Counted from the stretch's first letter, positions 1 to 10,046 are shown. The stretch is DNA of 64,000 nucleotides from Deltaproteobacteria bacterium (GCA_037439645.1 JBBIVQ010000005.1:10368-74367), one strand, 5' to 3'. Notes: generated from the sequence alone by a model not told the origin. Made by a program: numbers and translations.

Positions 1-1
1 C

Positions 2-301
2 GCGTGGGCCGCCGAAGGATACGACGGCGTCTACTTCCTCGCCGAGGCGATCCGGAAGGCCGGCTCGCTCGACACCGACAAGGTGATCGCGGCTCTCGAA
101 GGCCTGACGATCGATGCGCCTCGAGGGAAAGCGACCTTGCGGAAGGAAGACCACCAGCTCTCCAGCGATTTCATGGTCGGCGAAACCGTGTTCGACAAGG
201 CGTATCCGTTCGCCATCGTCGGAAAGACCGAGGTGTTCCACGCGGACAAGGTGCTCTACTCGATCGCCGATTGGAAGAAGGCGCAGGCGGGAAACAGGTA
301 A
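2..301 (+). CDS. Branched-chain amino acid ABC transporter substrate-binding protein (LivJ/LivK-like), C-terminal fragment; 5' end lies outside the window
   Basis: The in-frame translation from nt 2 (AWAAEGYDGVYFLAEAIRKAGSLDTDKVIAALEGLTIDAPRGKATL...) resembles the C-terminus of Leu/Ile/Val-binding proteins. It lies directly upstream of the permease and ATPase genes. Confidence 0.6.
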   Translation, partial: AWAAEGYDGVYFLAEAIRKAGSLDTDKVIAALEGLTIDAPRGKATLRKEDHQLSSDFMVGETVFDKAYPFAIVGKTEVFHADKVLYSIADWKKAQAGNR

Positions 302-372
302 TCAACGGGTAAGGAACTCCGGGGGCCCGCCGCGAAGGCGGGCCCCCATTTCAATCGCCGGCGGCGGAGTCC

Positions 373-2304
373 ATGGACCTCTCCTTCTTGACCGTACAGG
401 TGTTGAGCGCCCTTCGGCAGGCGGCGTTCCTCTTCCTGATCTCCTCGGGGCTCACGCTGATCTTCGGCGTGCTGAACATCCTCAACTTCGCCCACGGCGC
501 GCTCTACATGCTCGGAGCCTACTTCGTCTACGCCCTGACGCTGCACCTGACGGGCCCGGCCGGGTTCCTGGCCGCGGTCCTGGCGGCGCCCCTCGGGGTC
601 GCGCTGATCGCCACCGTGATCGAGACCGGCCTGCTGCGCCGCATCTACGCGCAGGAGGAGATCTACCAGTTGCTCCTGACGTACGCGTTGGTGCTCATCA
701 TCGACGACCTGGCCAAGATCGTCTTCGGTCCGGAGTTCAAGTCGATCCCCAAGCCCGAGATGCTCTCCGGGTCGGTCGCCCTCTTCGGCGGGACCGTCCC
801 CGTTTACACCCTCCTCGTCGTCGTCCTGGCTCCGGCCGTGGCGCTCCTGCTCTGGTACCTGTTATACAAGACGAAGACGGGGAAAGTGGTTCGGGCGACC
901 TCTTCCGACCGGGAGATGGCGGACGCCCTCGGGATCAACATGTCGGCGCTGTTCACGCTGGTCTTCGCCTTCGGCGCGGTCCTGGCGGGGCTCGGCGGCG
1001 CGCTGGCCGGACCGGCGCGGACCGTGTTCCCCGGCGTGGGGACCGAGGTCATCATCGAGTCGTTCGTCGTGGTGGTGATCGGGGGGCTTGGGAACCTGTG
1101 GGGCGCCCTCATCGGGTCGGTCCTCATCGGCTCCCTCGAGACGATCGGGATCATCGTGTTCCCCGAATTCGAGATGTCCCTCATCTACCTGCTGATGGTG
1201 GTCGTGCTCGTCGTCCGTCCGTGGGGGCTGTTCGGACGCCCTTACAAGGTGAAGGCGCTCTCCGGGAAGAACCTGGCGATGGAAGCGCAGGAGATCTCGC
1301 CGGTCCATTTCTCCGTCCACCCGCTGCTCCGATGGGCGCCGGTTCTCCTGCTGCTCCTCGTCCCCCTCTTCGCGGGCCGGTTCTACCAGTACCTTCTGAC
1401 CCAGATCTTCATCGCCTCCCTGATGGCGATCGCGTTCAACCTGCTCCTCGGGACGACGGGGCTGCTCTCGTTCGGCCAGGCCGCGTTTTTCGGTGTCGGC
1501 GCCTACACGGTGGGGCTTCTCCTCACCAAGGGCGGGTTCGCGACGCTTCCCGCCCTCCTTCTGGCGCCGGTCGCCGCGGCCGCGGCGGCGGGCGTCATCG
1601 GGTTTTTCTGCATTCGCCTGTCGGGGGTGCACTTCGCCATGCTGACCCTGGCGTTTGGCCAGCTCATTTTCACGGTCGCCTACAAATGGTACGGCCTGAC
1701 GGGCGGCGACAACGGCATCCAGGGGATCCCCGTGACGCCGATCCCGCTCGGGGGCCTGGGCGCCCTCGACCTCGGCTCCACGCATGCGATGTACTACTTC
1801 GTGTTCGCGGTCGTGGCGGTGTCCGTCGAAATTCTCCGCCGGATACGCTCCTCGCCCTTCGGCGCGACGCTCAAGGCGATCCGGGAGAACGGCCAACGTG
1901 CCTCCTTCCTCGGCGTCAACGTCCACATCTACCGGTGGTCCGCGTTCGTCGTCGCGGGGGCCTTCACGGGGCTGGCCGGTGGGCTGTTCGCGATGATGGA
2001 GAAGGCGATCTCCCCGGAGATCATCCACTGGAGCAAGTCCTCCGAGCCGGTGTTCATGGCCATCATCGGCGGGATCTACTCCTTCGCGGGACCCGCGGTG
2101 GGGGCGGTCGTCTACGTCATCCTCAACTCGTACCTGGTCGCCTGGACCGAAAAATGGGCGCTGGTGCTCGGCCTGGTCCTGCTGACGCTGGTGCTGATCC
2201 TCCCGGGCGGTGTCGTGGGATTCGTGAACGAAAAGGGGCGTCACTTCCTCGGAAAGTTCGGGTGCCTGCGCAAATGGGCCTTCTCGAAGTCCGCAACGTC
2301 GTAA
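373..2304 (+). CDS. Fused LivH/LivM-type branched-chain amino acid ABC transporter permease (two permease domains in one 643-aa protein)
   Basis: The 643-aa hydrophobic ORF has two successive permease-like halves. Its end overlaps the start of the downstream ATPase gene. Confidence 0.85.
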   Translation: MDLSFLTVQVLSALRQAAFLFLISSGLTLIFGVLNILNFAHGALYMLGAYFVYALTLHLTGPAGFLAAVLAAPLGVALIATVIETGLLRRIYAQEEIYQLLLTYALVLIIDDLAKIVFGPEFKSIPKPEMLSGSVALFGGTVPVYTLLVVVLAPAVALLLWYLLYKTKTGKVVRATSSDREMADALGINMSALFTLVFAFGAVLAGLGGALAGPARTVFPGVGTEVIIESFVVVVIGGLGNLWGALIGSVLIGSLETIGIIVFPEFEMSLIYLLMVVVLVVRPWGLFGRPYKVKALSGKNLAMEAQEISPVHFSVHPLLRWAPVLLLLLVPLFAGRFYQYLLTQIFIASLMAIAFNLLLGTTGLLSFGQAAFFGVGAYTVGLLLTKGGFATLPALLLAPVAAAAAAGVIGFFCIRLSGVHFAMLTLAFGQLIFTVAYKWYGLTGGDNGIQGIPVTPIPLGGLGALDLGSTHAMYYFVFAVVAVSVEILRRIRSSPFGATLKAIRENGQRASFLGVNVHIYRWSAFVVAGAFTGLAGGLFAMMEKAISPEIIHWSKSSEPVFMAIIGGIYSFAGPAVGAVVYVILNSYLVAWTEKWALVLGLVLLTLVLILPGGVVGFVNEKGRHFLGKFGCLRKWAFSKSATS

Positions 2305-3032
2305 AGTCGTTCGGAGGCCTTCGGGCGCTCCAGGACGTCACCCTTTCCGTGGCGCAGGGCGAGATCCGCGCGGTCATCGGTCCGAACGGGGCGGGCAAGT
2401 CGACGTTTTTCAACGTCATGACGGGACTGCTCCGTCCCGACTCGGGGACCGTCCTGTTCGAGGGAAAACCGATCACGGGGATGCCGCCCCACCGGATCAT
2501 CCGGAAGGGGATCGGCCGCTCCTTCCAGATCACCAACATCTTTCCGCGGATGTCGGTCTTCGAGAACGTCCAGGTGGCCCTTTTTTCGCATCACGGGACG
2601 GGCGGCAATCCTTTCTCGCCGGCGCGGAAATTCACGCACGTCGCCGGGGAGGCGCTGACCCTCCTCGACCAGGTGGGGCTGGCGGAGAAACCCGACGCGT
2701 CGGCCTCTCTCCTCTCGCACGGGGACCAGAAGCGGCTGGAGATCGCCATCTCCCTCGCGTCCCGCCCCAAACTTCTGATGCTCGACGAGCCCACCGCGGG
2801 AATGTCCCGGTTCGAGAGCCGGGAGACGGTCGCACTCCTGCGGAAAATATCGCGGGAGCAGGGGCTGACGCTCGTCTTTACCGAACACGACATGGACATC
2901 GTCTTCGCGATCTCGGAAAGGATCATGGTCCTCCAGCAGGGAACCGTGATCGCCGACGGGTCGCCGGCGGAGATCAAGGCGAACCCCGAAGTGCGCAAGG
3001 CGTACCTCGGGGAGGAAATCGCGGGGAGCTGA
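2274..3032 (+). CDS. livG: ABC transporter ATP-binding protein, LivG-like
   Basis: Starts MGLLEVRNVVKSFGG. Walker A GPNGAGKST, signature LSHGDQKRLEIA and Walker B LLMLDEP are all present. The long N-terminal extension of ORF 114..3032 is a shadow ORF. Confidence 0.85.
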   Translation: MGLLEVRNVVKSFGGLRALQDVTLSVAQGEIRAVIGPNGAGKSTFFNVMTGLLRPDSGTVLFEGKPITGMPPHRIIRKGIGRSFQITNIFPRMSVFENVQVALFSHHGTGGNPFSPARKFTHVAGEALTLLDQVGLAEKPDASASLLSHGDQKRLEIAISLASRPKLLMLDEPTAGMSRFESRETVALLRKISREQGLTLVFTEHDMDIVFAISERIMVLQQGTVIADGSPAEIKANPEVRKAYLGEEIAGS

Positions 3033-3036
3033 TCCC

Positions 3037-3744
3037 ATGGCATTTCTCGATCTGAAGTCGATCAACACCTATTACGGCCGAAGCCACATCCTCTTCGACG
3101 TCTCCCTTTCGGTCGAAAAGGGGGAGGTGGTGAGCCTGATCGGCCGCAACGGAGCGGGGAAGAGCACCACGTTCCGCTCGATCATCGGGCTCACGCCGCC
3201 GCAGGACGGCGAGGTCCTCTTCAAGGGGGAGAGGATCTCCGGCCTGCGGGCCTTCCGGATCTGCCGGAAGGGGGTCGGCTTCGTCCCCGAGGACCGCCGA
3301 TGCTTTCCGGACCTGACGGTCCGTGACAACCTGGAGGTCGCCGCCAGGAGGGAGAAGGAGACCGTTTCGCCCTGGACCGTCGACCGGATCTACGCCCTTT
3401 TCCCGCGGCTGCGGGAGCGGGAGAAGAACCTCGGGAGCCAGCTGTCCGGCGGCGAGCAGCAGATGCTGACCATCGCCCGCACGCTGATGACGAACCCCGA
3501 GGTGCTCCTGCTCGACGAACCGTCGGAAGGGCTGGCGCCCCTGGTCGTATCCCTCCTCGCCGACATGATTCTGCGGATCCGCGAAGAGGGGGTGACGGTC
3601 CTCCTCGCGGAGCAGAACCTCCACTTCTGCGCCAAGGTCTCGGACCGCGCCTTCGTGATCGACAAGGGATCGGTCAAGTACGAGGGGACGATGAAGGAAC
3701 TTCTGGCCGACGACGGGATCAAGGAGAAGTACCTTGCCGTCTGA
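3037..3744 (+). CDS. livF: ABC transporter ATP-binding protein, LivF-like
   Basis: Walker A GRNGAGKST, signature LSGGEQQMLTIA and Walker B LLLDEP. Its end overlaps the start of the downstream gene. Confidence 0.85.
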   Translation: MAFLDLKSINTYYGRSHILFDVSLSVEKGEVVSLIGRNGAGKSTTFRSIIGLTPPQDGEVLFKGERISGLRAFRICRKGVGFVPEDRRCFPDLTVRDNLEVAARREKETVSPWTVDRIYALFPRLREREKNLGSQLSGGEQQMLTIARTLMTNPEVLLLDEPSEGLAPLVVSLLADMILRIREEGVTVLLAEQNLHFCAKVSDRAFVIDKGSVKYEGTMKELLADDGIKEKYLAV

Positions 3745-5017
3745 CCCGGGGGGATTCCGGGCGTTCGCGGAACGGGCATTCGATCCCGCGGCGATTCCGG
3801 GGAAGCCCGAGGCGCTGGCCGGGGTGCGTGTCCTCGAGGTCGCGACGCGGATCTTCGGGCCGGCCACCGCGGACTACCTCGGTCTCTTCGGCGCCGAGGT
3901 GATCAAGGTCGAGATGCCGCCCCGCGGCGACTTGATGCGGTACGTGGCCCCCGAGGGATTCTTCTGGAAGGAGGTGTCGCCCGCCTTCCTCCCGCTGAAC
4001 CGGAACAAGTACCACGTCGGGCTCGACCTGCACCCGGCCGAGGGGAAGGAGATCTTCCTGCGGCTCGCGGAGCGGTCCGACGTCGTCGTGGAAAACCTTC
4101 GCGCCGGCACGATGGACCGGTGGGGTGTCGGATACCTTCAGCTTCGTGAGCGGAACCGCCGGATCGTTTACGCCGCCAACTCGGGGTTCGGGCAGTGGGG
4201 ACCGTTCTCCGAAGGGCGGGCGTCGTACGACGCCACCGCGCAGGCCGTATCCGGCTTCTCCGCCGTCACGGGGTTTCCGGACCAGCCGCCGATGAAGGCC
4301 GGGTTCTGGGTCGGCGACTACACGGCGGCGTTGATGTCCGCCACCGCCATCCTCGCCGCGCTCGCCGCACGGCGGAAGACCGGGGAAGGGCAGATGATCG
4401 ACCTTTCCCAGGCGGAGGCGATGATCCGGACGCTGGACTGGACGTGGCCGTACGCCGGGGTGACGGGGAAGGACCGCGAACGGAACGGGAACGTCGATCC
4501 ATCGTACCCTCCTTCCGGCATCTACCGGTGCCGGGACGGGTTCGTGGCGGTTTCCGCCCGGGACGCGGACGAGCGGGCATGTCTCGCCCGCACGGTCGGC
4601 GCGCCAGAACCTCCGGAATTCCCGTTCCCGGCGCCGGAGCGGGTTGCGCGGTACTGCGCTTCCCGGACGGTCGACGAGATCGTTCGCGTCGCGGAAGAGG
4701 GCGGGTTTTCCGCGGCGCCGGTGCGCGGAGGGCGGGAACATTATCACGATCCGCATTTGCGGGCCCGGGGGACGGTCTGTTCGGTGGAAGATCCCCTCTA
4801 CGGCCGCGTCGACGAGTACGGTCCGGCGCCGAAGTTGTCCGAGAGCCCCGGAAGGGTCAAGGAATGCGCGAAACCCGTGGGGTGGCACAACGAGAAGGTC
4901 TTCGGGGAGATGCTCGGGATCACCGGGGAAGAGATGGAGGCGCTCGCACGAAAGAAGGTCATCGGGAAGTGGGCCGACCTTCCCGGCGCGCGGCCGCCGG
5001 GCGGAAGCGCTCCATGA
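3734..5017 (+). CDS. CoA-transferase family III (CaiB/BaiF/Frc-like) protein 1
   Basis: TTG start with an AAGGAG Shine-Dalgarno. The N-terminal GVRVLEVATRIFGPATADYLGLFGAEVIKVE and the later GRASYDATAQAVSGF are typical family III motifs. Confidence 0.8.
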   Translation: MPSDPGGFRAFAERAFDPAAIPGKPEALAGVRVLEVATRIFGPATADYLGLFGAEVIKVEMPPRGDLMRYVAPEGFFWKEVSPAFLPLNRNKYHVGLDLHPAEGKEIFLRLAERSDVVVENLRAGTMDRWGVGYLQLRERNRRIVYAANSGFGQWGPFSEGRASYDATAQAVSGFSAVTGFPDQPPMKAGFWVGDYTAALMSATAILAALAARRKTGEGQMIDLSQAEAMIRTLDWTWPYAGVTGKDRERNGNVDPSYPPSGIYRCRDGFVAVSARDADERACLARTVGAPEPPEFPFPAPERVARYCASRTVDEIVRVAEEGGFSAAPVRGGREHYHDPHLRARGTVCSVEDPLYGRVDEYGPAPKLSESPGRVKECAKPVGWHNEKVFGEMLGITGEEMEALARKKVIGKWADLPGARPPGGSAP

Positions 5018-6333
5018 GCGGTTTCGCCGGGTGGGTGCGGGAGGCGACGGAGCCTTCGGCCGCGGCGGGGAAGCCCGAGGCGCTGGAGGGGATCCGGGTC
5101 TTCGAATTCTGCCCCGGGCACTTCGGCGGGATGGTGGCCGCCTCGGTCCTGGCGGAGTTCGGCGCCGAGGTGGTGAAGGTGGAGCCTCCCGGCGGCGACC
5201 CGCTCCGCCTCGTCGCGCCCGAGGGAATCCGGGTGGCGGGGACCGGGCTCCCCTTCCTCTCCGAGGCGCGCAACCGCCGCTTCGTCACCCTCGATGCCGG
5301 CGCCGCCGCCGGGCGGGACGTATTCCGGCGCCTTGCGCTCTCCGCGGACGTGATCGTCACGACGGAGCCGCCGGAGCGGATGGAGGCGATGGGGTGCGAT
5401 CACCCCTCCCTGCGGAGAGAACGGCCCGGGATCATCTCCCTCTCCCTCTCCACCTACGGCGCGTTCGGCCCCGACGCTTCGCGTCCTGTCCGTGACAGCG
5501 ACATCCTCTGCCAGTCGCTCTCCGGGGGGCCGCACATCGTCGGTGAACCGGAGCCTGAAGGCGGTGCCCCGCTACCGCACCAGGCTCCGACCCGTCTCGG
5601 GAACTGGCACGGCTCCTTCGTCCAGGGGCTGTGGGGAGCGTACGGAGTGCTCGCCGCGCTTCACTTCCGCGCGGAGACCGGGATGGGGCAGGCCGTGGAC
5701 GTATCGGGCGCCGAGTCGCTGATGATGTTCGCGGATTACAACATCACCTGGATGCACACGGGGGGGAAGGCGCGCGAGCGGGTCGGGAACTTCGACCCCG
5801 CCGTCTTTCCATACACGTACATCCGCTGCCGGGACGGCTACACCTTCATCGCCGCCTACAACGACGAGGCGTTCGACTCGCTGATGCACATTATCGGCCG
5901 CCCCGAATTGTCCCGGGATCCCCGCTTCTCCACGCCGAAGAACCGCGTGGCCCTCGGGAACGAGCGGGCGCTTCTTTCGATCATCGAGGAGTGGTCCGGA
6001 GACCGCACGGCCGACGAGATCCTTCGAGCCGTCGAGGAGTACACCTCGAAGCGCGGCGGCCCCGGGGCCGCCGTCGTGACGGGGCGGGTGAACCGGCCTC
6101 TCGAGACGCTGGCCGAGGACCACTGGCGGGAGCGGGGGTGCTTTCTGCGCGCGCGGGACCCCGTCTACGGCGAACTGCTGCTCGCCGCACCGCCGTGGAA
6201 GATGAGCGGGACCCCCGCCCGGTGGAAGTCGGGGTGCCGGCCCCCGGGATCGGACAACCGGGACGTGTACATCGGCATCCTCGGGATGACGGAAGGGGAG
6301 TATCGGCGGCTGGCGGACGCGGGAACGTTCTGA
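5014..6333 (+). CDS. CoA-transferase family III protein 2 (paralogue); possible two-subunit enzyme with the preceding gene
   Basis: ATG at 5014 overlaps the upstream stop (ATGA). GIRVFEFCPGHFGGMVAASVLAEFGAEVVKVEPP is a family III motif. The N-terminal extension of ORF 4195..6333 was rejected. Confidence 0.8.
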   Translation: MSGFAGWVREATEPSAAAGKPEALEGIRVFEFCPGHFGGMVAASVLAEFGAEVVKVEPPGGDPLRLVAPEGIRVAGTGLPFLSEARNRRFVTLDAGAAAGRDVFRRLALSADVIVTTEPPERMEAMGCDHPSLRRERPGIISLSLSTYGAFGPDASRPVRDSDILCQSLSGGPHIVGEPEPEGGAPLPHQAPTRLGNWHGSFVQGLWGAYGVLAALHFRAETGMGQAVDVSGAESLMMFADYNITWMHTGGKARERVGNFDPAVFPYTYIRCRDGYTFIAAYNDEAFDSLMHIIGRPELSRDPRFSTPKNRVALGNERALLSIIEEWSGDRTADEILRAVEEYTSKRGGPGAAVVTGRVNRPLETLAEDHWRERGCFLRARDPVYGELLLAAPPWKMSGTPARWKSGCRPPGSDNRDVYIGILGMTEGEYRRLADAGTF

Positions 6334-6356
6334 CGCGACGGGCCGGGGAAGGCAAG

Positions 6357-6388
6357 TCCCCCGGGGCGCAGGCAGGGACCCCGGGGGA
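6357..6388 (+). terminator. GC-rich hairpin downstream of the CoA-transferase gene (putative intrinsic terminator, no clear U-tract)
   Basis: tcccccgggg-N12-ccccggggga forms a perfect 10-bp stem. A second 12-bp palindrome ctccccggggag follows. Confidence 0.4.
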
Positions 6389-6579
6389 CCGTTCGAGTCG
6401 CCCGCGAACCGTTGGAGGGCGTGCGGGCAGTTGCCTCCCCGGGGAGGGGAGGCAGGCGTTGCCGTTGCTCTGTATTCATTCTTCGGAATTCCTTCGGAAG
6501 AACTTCAGGGAAATTTTCCCCGCCCGGCATGGACCGGTTCGCATCGCGTACCGCCGGCTGGTAGACTGATCCCGGCACC

Positions 6580-8595
6580 TTGCCTCCGGGAGATCCGTTG
6601 ACCGACCTGCCCCTGGTCCTTCGCGACCTTTCCATCGTCCTGGCGATCGCCACGGCGGTCGCGCTGCTGTTCGGGCGTCTCCATCTGTCCGTCGTCGCGG
6701 CGTTCCTGGTCGCCGGGGCCATCCTCGGGCCGACCGGGGCGGGGCTGGTGGCCGAGTCCGGGATGGTGGACGCCCTCGCCGAGATCGGCGTCGCCCTCCT
6801 TCTGTTCACCGTCGGCCTGGAGATCTCCCTCGCCAACCTGGGGAAGATGCGCCGGCAGATCGTGCAGAGCGGGGGGATCCAGCTCTTCGCCACGATCCTG
6901 CTCACCATGGCCGTCCTGTCCCTTGCGGGATTCCCCCTTGCGGAAGCGATCTTCACCGGGTTCGTCCTGTCCCTTTCGAGCACCGCGATCGTGCTGAAGG
7001 TGTACGCCGACCGGATGGAGATCGACAGCGGCCACGGGAAGATCTCCATCGGCATCCTGCTGTTCCAGGACATGGCCGTGATCCCGATGATGCTGCTCAT
7101 CCCGTCGTTCCGGCAGTGGGAGACGGCGCAATTCTCCGCCGTGGCGTTCACGCTGGCCAAGGCGGGCGTGGGCGTCGCCGTCATCCTGCTGGCGTCGCGC
7201 TTCGTGATCCCGCTCCTCCTGAAGGAAGTCATCCGGCTGAACAGCCGGGAGATCCTGGCGATGACGGTGATGTGCCTCATCCTCGGGACGGCGTGGATCG
7301 CCCGGTGGTGGGGGCTCTCCCTGGCGATGGGGGCGTTCCTCGCCGGATTGGTGATCTCCGAGTCGGAATACGTCCACGAGATCGCCGCCCAGATCTTCCC
7401 CTTCCGGGACGTCTTCAACGGCGTGTTCTTCATCTCCGTCGGGATGCTGCTCGACCTTCCGTTTCTCGCGCGCCACCTGCCGATGATCCTCCTCGTATCC
7501 GTCGCCGTCGTGGCGGCGAAGGGGATCTGCGCGGGCGCCGCGATCCGGGTCCTCCGTTACCCGTGGCGCATATCGGTGATCGGGGCGATCGGGCTCGCGC
7601 AGGTCGGGGAGTTCTCGTTCCTCCTGATGTCCGAGGGATTCCGGGACGCCCTGGTGGGCGCCGAGACCTACCAGTATCTGCTCGCAACGGCGATCCTGAC
7701 GATGGTGGCAACGCCGTTCCTGATGCGGGCGGCCCCGTCGGCCGCGAGATTCTTCGTCCGCCGCCTGGTCCGGAGCCCGGAACCCGACGACGCCGCGGAG
7801 GAACCGTCCGCGGCGGCGCGGGTCGAGAACCACGTGATCGTCTCCGGGTACGGGATGAACGGGAAGAACCTCGCCCGCGTGCTGCGCTCGACGCACGTCC
7901 CCTACGTCGTCGTCGACCTGAACGACGCGATGGTGCGGGAGGGCCGGGAAGCGAGGGAGCCGATCTTCTACGGGGACGTGAACAACCCGGAGATCCTCGA
8001 CCGGGTGGGGGTGGACCGCGCCCGGATGCTGGTGCTGGCCATCTCCGATCCGATGGCGACCCGTCGCGCCGTGGCGGTTGCCCGGAGGGCGAATCCGCGC
8101 CTCGTGATCCTGGTGCGGACGAGGTACGTGGCGGACGTGGACGACCTGATCGCACTGGGGGCGAACGCGGTCATCCCCGAGGAGTTCGAGACGTCGGTCG
8201 AGATCTTCTCCCGGGTCCTGCGGGAGTATCACGTTCCCGACCACATCATCGAGCAGCAGGAGGAACTGATCCGCAGCGGGACGTACCGGATCCTGCGGGA
8301 ACGGGTTCCGGCCAGGGGAGAGGCGCTCCTGGCGGAGTTTGAGACGTTCCTTCGTCAGAAGGTGATCGAGGTCTTCTTCGTCTCCCCGGACTCGCGGTGG
8401 GCGGGTCGTCCCCTGGGAGATCTTCCCGCCGGGAACGGCGCCGGGATCGTCCTCCTCGCCGTCCTCCGGCAGGACCGCGCGATCGTGCAGCCGTCCCCGG
8501 AGGAGACGATCCTGGCGGGCGACAAACTCGTCTTTTTCGGGGGTCACGGTCCTCTTGCGGCCGCACTCGAGGAACTGGCAAAGGGATCGCGGTAA
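6580..8595 (+). CDS. CPA2-family monovalent cation:proton antiporter (KefB/KefC-like) with C-terminal TrkA-N and TrkA-C domains
   Basis: A multi-transmembrane N-terminus is followed by a Rossmann motif VIVSGYGMNGKNLARVL and an RCK C-terminal domain. TTG start is assumed; an in-frame TTG at 6598 is an alternative. Confidence 0.8.
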   Translation: MPPGDPLTDLPLVLRDLSIVLAIATAVALLFGRLHLSVVAAFLVAGAILGPTGAGLVAESGMVDALAEIGVALLLFTVGLEISLANLGKMRRQIVQSGGIQLFATILLTMAVLSLAGFPLAEAIFTGFVLSLSSTAIVLKVYADRMEIDSGHGKISIGILLFQDMAVIPMMLLIPSFRQWETAQFSAVAFTLAKAGVGVAVILLASRFVIPLLLKEVIRLNSREILAMTVMCLILGTAWIARWWGLSLAMGAFLAGLVISESEYVHEIAAQIFPFRDVFNGVFFISVGMLLDLPFLARHLPMILLVSVAVVAAKGICAGAAIRVLRYPWRISVIGAIGLAQVGEFSFLLMSEGFRDALVGAETYQYLLATAILTMVATPFLMRAAPSAARFFVRRLVRSPEPDDAAEEPSAAARVENHVIVSGYGMNGKNLARVLRSTHVPYVVVDLNDAMVREGREAREPIFYGDVNNPEILDRVGVDRARMLVLAISDPMATRRAVAVARRANPRLVILVRTRYVADVDDLIALGANAVIPEEFETSVEIFSRVLREYHVPDHIIEQQEELIRSGTYRILRERVPARGEALLAEFETFLRQKVIEVFFVSPDSRWAGRPLGDLPAGNGAGIVLLAVLRQDRAIVQPSPEETILAGDKLVFFGGHGPLAAALEELAKGSR

Positions 8596-8657
8596 AAATA
8601 AGGCACGGCCGGTGATAAGATCAGGATGTTCCCACTCCATCGGCCGGGAGGGCAACG

Positions 8658-9722
8658 ATGTCTTCTTCCCACTCCGCTCTTCGGACGTACGAGCGCGCCC
8701 TGAACCGCTACTTCGAAATCCCCGCCGCCGAACGGAAGTCCGGGGATCGGGAGAAGATCCTCAAGGCCCTCGGGATCCCGAACCCGCAGGAGTTCCTCGG
8801 CATGCACATCCCGCTCTGGGAAGCGAAGATCGACGAACTCCTCGACCCGACGAGCACGGACATGCTCCCGATCAGCATCGCCCACTCCTACGTCAACTGG
8901 GTGCGCGGCGCGATCCGGATGGTGCCGGCGGAGGCGCGGGTGAAGATCTTCACCTCGAAGTTCAAGGCGACCGGGCTGAAAAAGGCGATCTTGACGCTGC
9001 TCCAGGAGACGACGGGGGATTCGCCCCGGGACTTCGACGTCACCGAGGTCCTGCTGATCGAGAAAGTCCACAAGGACACGCTCTTCACGGCGCGTACGCC
9101 GGACGGAACGGAGCACGACATCTACCTGTCCCGCTTCGGCTGCATGGGGGAATACATCTACAGCGGCCTGCCGATCCTGGTGGGGCTGCCCGCCCTGCCG
9201 GCCGTTTACCACGTGACGCCGCAGGGGGAGGAGGTGCTCCTCAAACCGAAGGAGGAGGGGACCAACATCTACCACGACGAAGCGGTGACCCTCGCCCGGA
9301 TCAACCGCGACGGCGGGTGGTGGACGGCGGGCGCCGCCCGGCAGGACGCCCTGGGGGACTGCATCGGAACGGCGCTTCGGTACGGGCACTACGTCGCCAC
9401 CCCCAGGAAGGAAGTGGTGATGATCGACAACATCGAGCTGTTCCACCTGGAGGAGACCGACGTCCGGATCTTCGAACCGATCTACGAGTTCCTTCCGAAA
9501 AAGGCGTACCCGGATGACCGGGGAAAGCGGGAGCGGCTCCAGGAAAAATTGCGGCAGGAGTACGATGCGGCCTACGCCGGGCAGCGGGCGGTTATCCGGA
9601 AAGCGTGGCCCGAAATCGAACGGTACCTGGTCGAGAGGCGCCGTAATATCCACGCGTATGCCGGCGAGGTGTTCGAAACGGTGATGACCCGCGTCAAGGC
9701 CCAGGTGTTTCCCGGGGAGTAG
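8658..9722 (+). CDS. Hypothetical protein (354 aa), no family recognised
   Basis: GGGAGGG Shine-Dalgarno lies directly before the ATG. Codon usage is coding-like. The opposite-strand ORF 8544..9653 was rejected. Confidence 0.6.
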   Translation: MSSSHSALRTYERALNRYFEIPAAERKSGDREKILKALGIPNPQEFLGMHIPLWEAKIDELLDPTSTDMLPISIAHSYVNWVRGAIRMVPAEARVKIFTSKFKATGLKKAILTLLQETTGDSPRDFDVTEVLLIEKVHKDTLFTARTPDGTEHDIYLSRFGCMGEYIYSGLPILVGLPALPAVYHVTPQGEEVLLKPKEEGTNIYHDEAVTLARINRDGGWWTAGAARQDALGDCIGTALRYGHYVATPRKEVVMIDNIELFHLEETDVRIFEPIYEFLPKKAYPDDRGKRERLQEKLRQEYDAAYAGQRAVIRKAWPEIERYLVERRRNIHAYAGEVFETVMTRVKAQVFPGE

Positions 9723-10017
9723 CGCGGCTCCATGCGATGAACGCGCGCTCGACCAGGTAGAACCCCGCGGGCAACGCGGAGGCCATGACGATCGCCTTCA
9801 CGCCGAGCCGCACGGCCGGCGAAGCGACGCCCAGCAGCTCCAGAGCGAAGTCCGCGAGCACGGCTCCCGCGGAAACCGCACCCAACGATCCGAGCACGAG
9901 CGCAACCCCCAGCAGCAGGCGCGAACCAGGTCGTTTCCGCCGCCCTCCCGTCATTCTTCCATGGTCCTCCATCGCGGGCACATCCGATGTTTTCTCCGTG
10001 AGTCTGGGATTATACAT
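9694..10017 (-). CDS. Small hypothetical membrane protein (possible shorter start at 9972)
   Basis: The ORF has one or two hydrophobic helices and runs divergent from sufB. The Shine-Dalgarno is weak, so this is a low-confidence call. Confidence 0.3.
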   Translation of the reverse strand: MYNPRLTEKTSDVPAMEDHGRMTGGRRKRPGSRLLLGVALVLGSLGAVSAGAVLADFALELLGVASPAVRLGVKAIVMASALPAGFYLVERAFIAWSRATPRETPGP

Positions 10018-10046
10018 GCCCTCCCGGGGAAATCTTCCTCCGCTCC

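Noticed and set aside
862-2244. 460-aa minus-strand ORF antisense to the permease
   Set aside because: Low-complexity RDE-rich translation with no domain signature. It sits antisense to a convincing membrane-protein gene.
114-3032. 972-aa ORF spanning the permease and ATPase genes
   Set aside because: Only the last 253 codons (from the ATG at 2274) carry ABC-ATPase motifs. The upstream part is Arg/Pro/Gly-rich nonsense read in a different frame from the genuine permease gene. This is a typical high-GC shadow ORF.
6505-8655. 716-aa minus-strand ORF antisense to the CPA2 antiporter
   Set aside because: The translation is highly charged, low-complexity and Arg/Asp/Glu/Pro-rich. The plus-strand product has clear TM and TrkA domains.
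8544-9653. 369-aa minus-strand ORF and 320-aa plus-strand ORF (8555..9517) overlapping the 354-aa hypothetical gene
   Set aside because: Both give Arg/Pro/Gly-rich low-complexity products. The 8658..9722 frame has a balanced composition and a strong SD.
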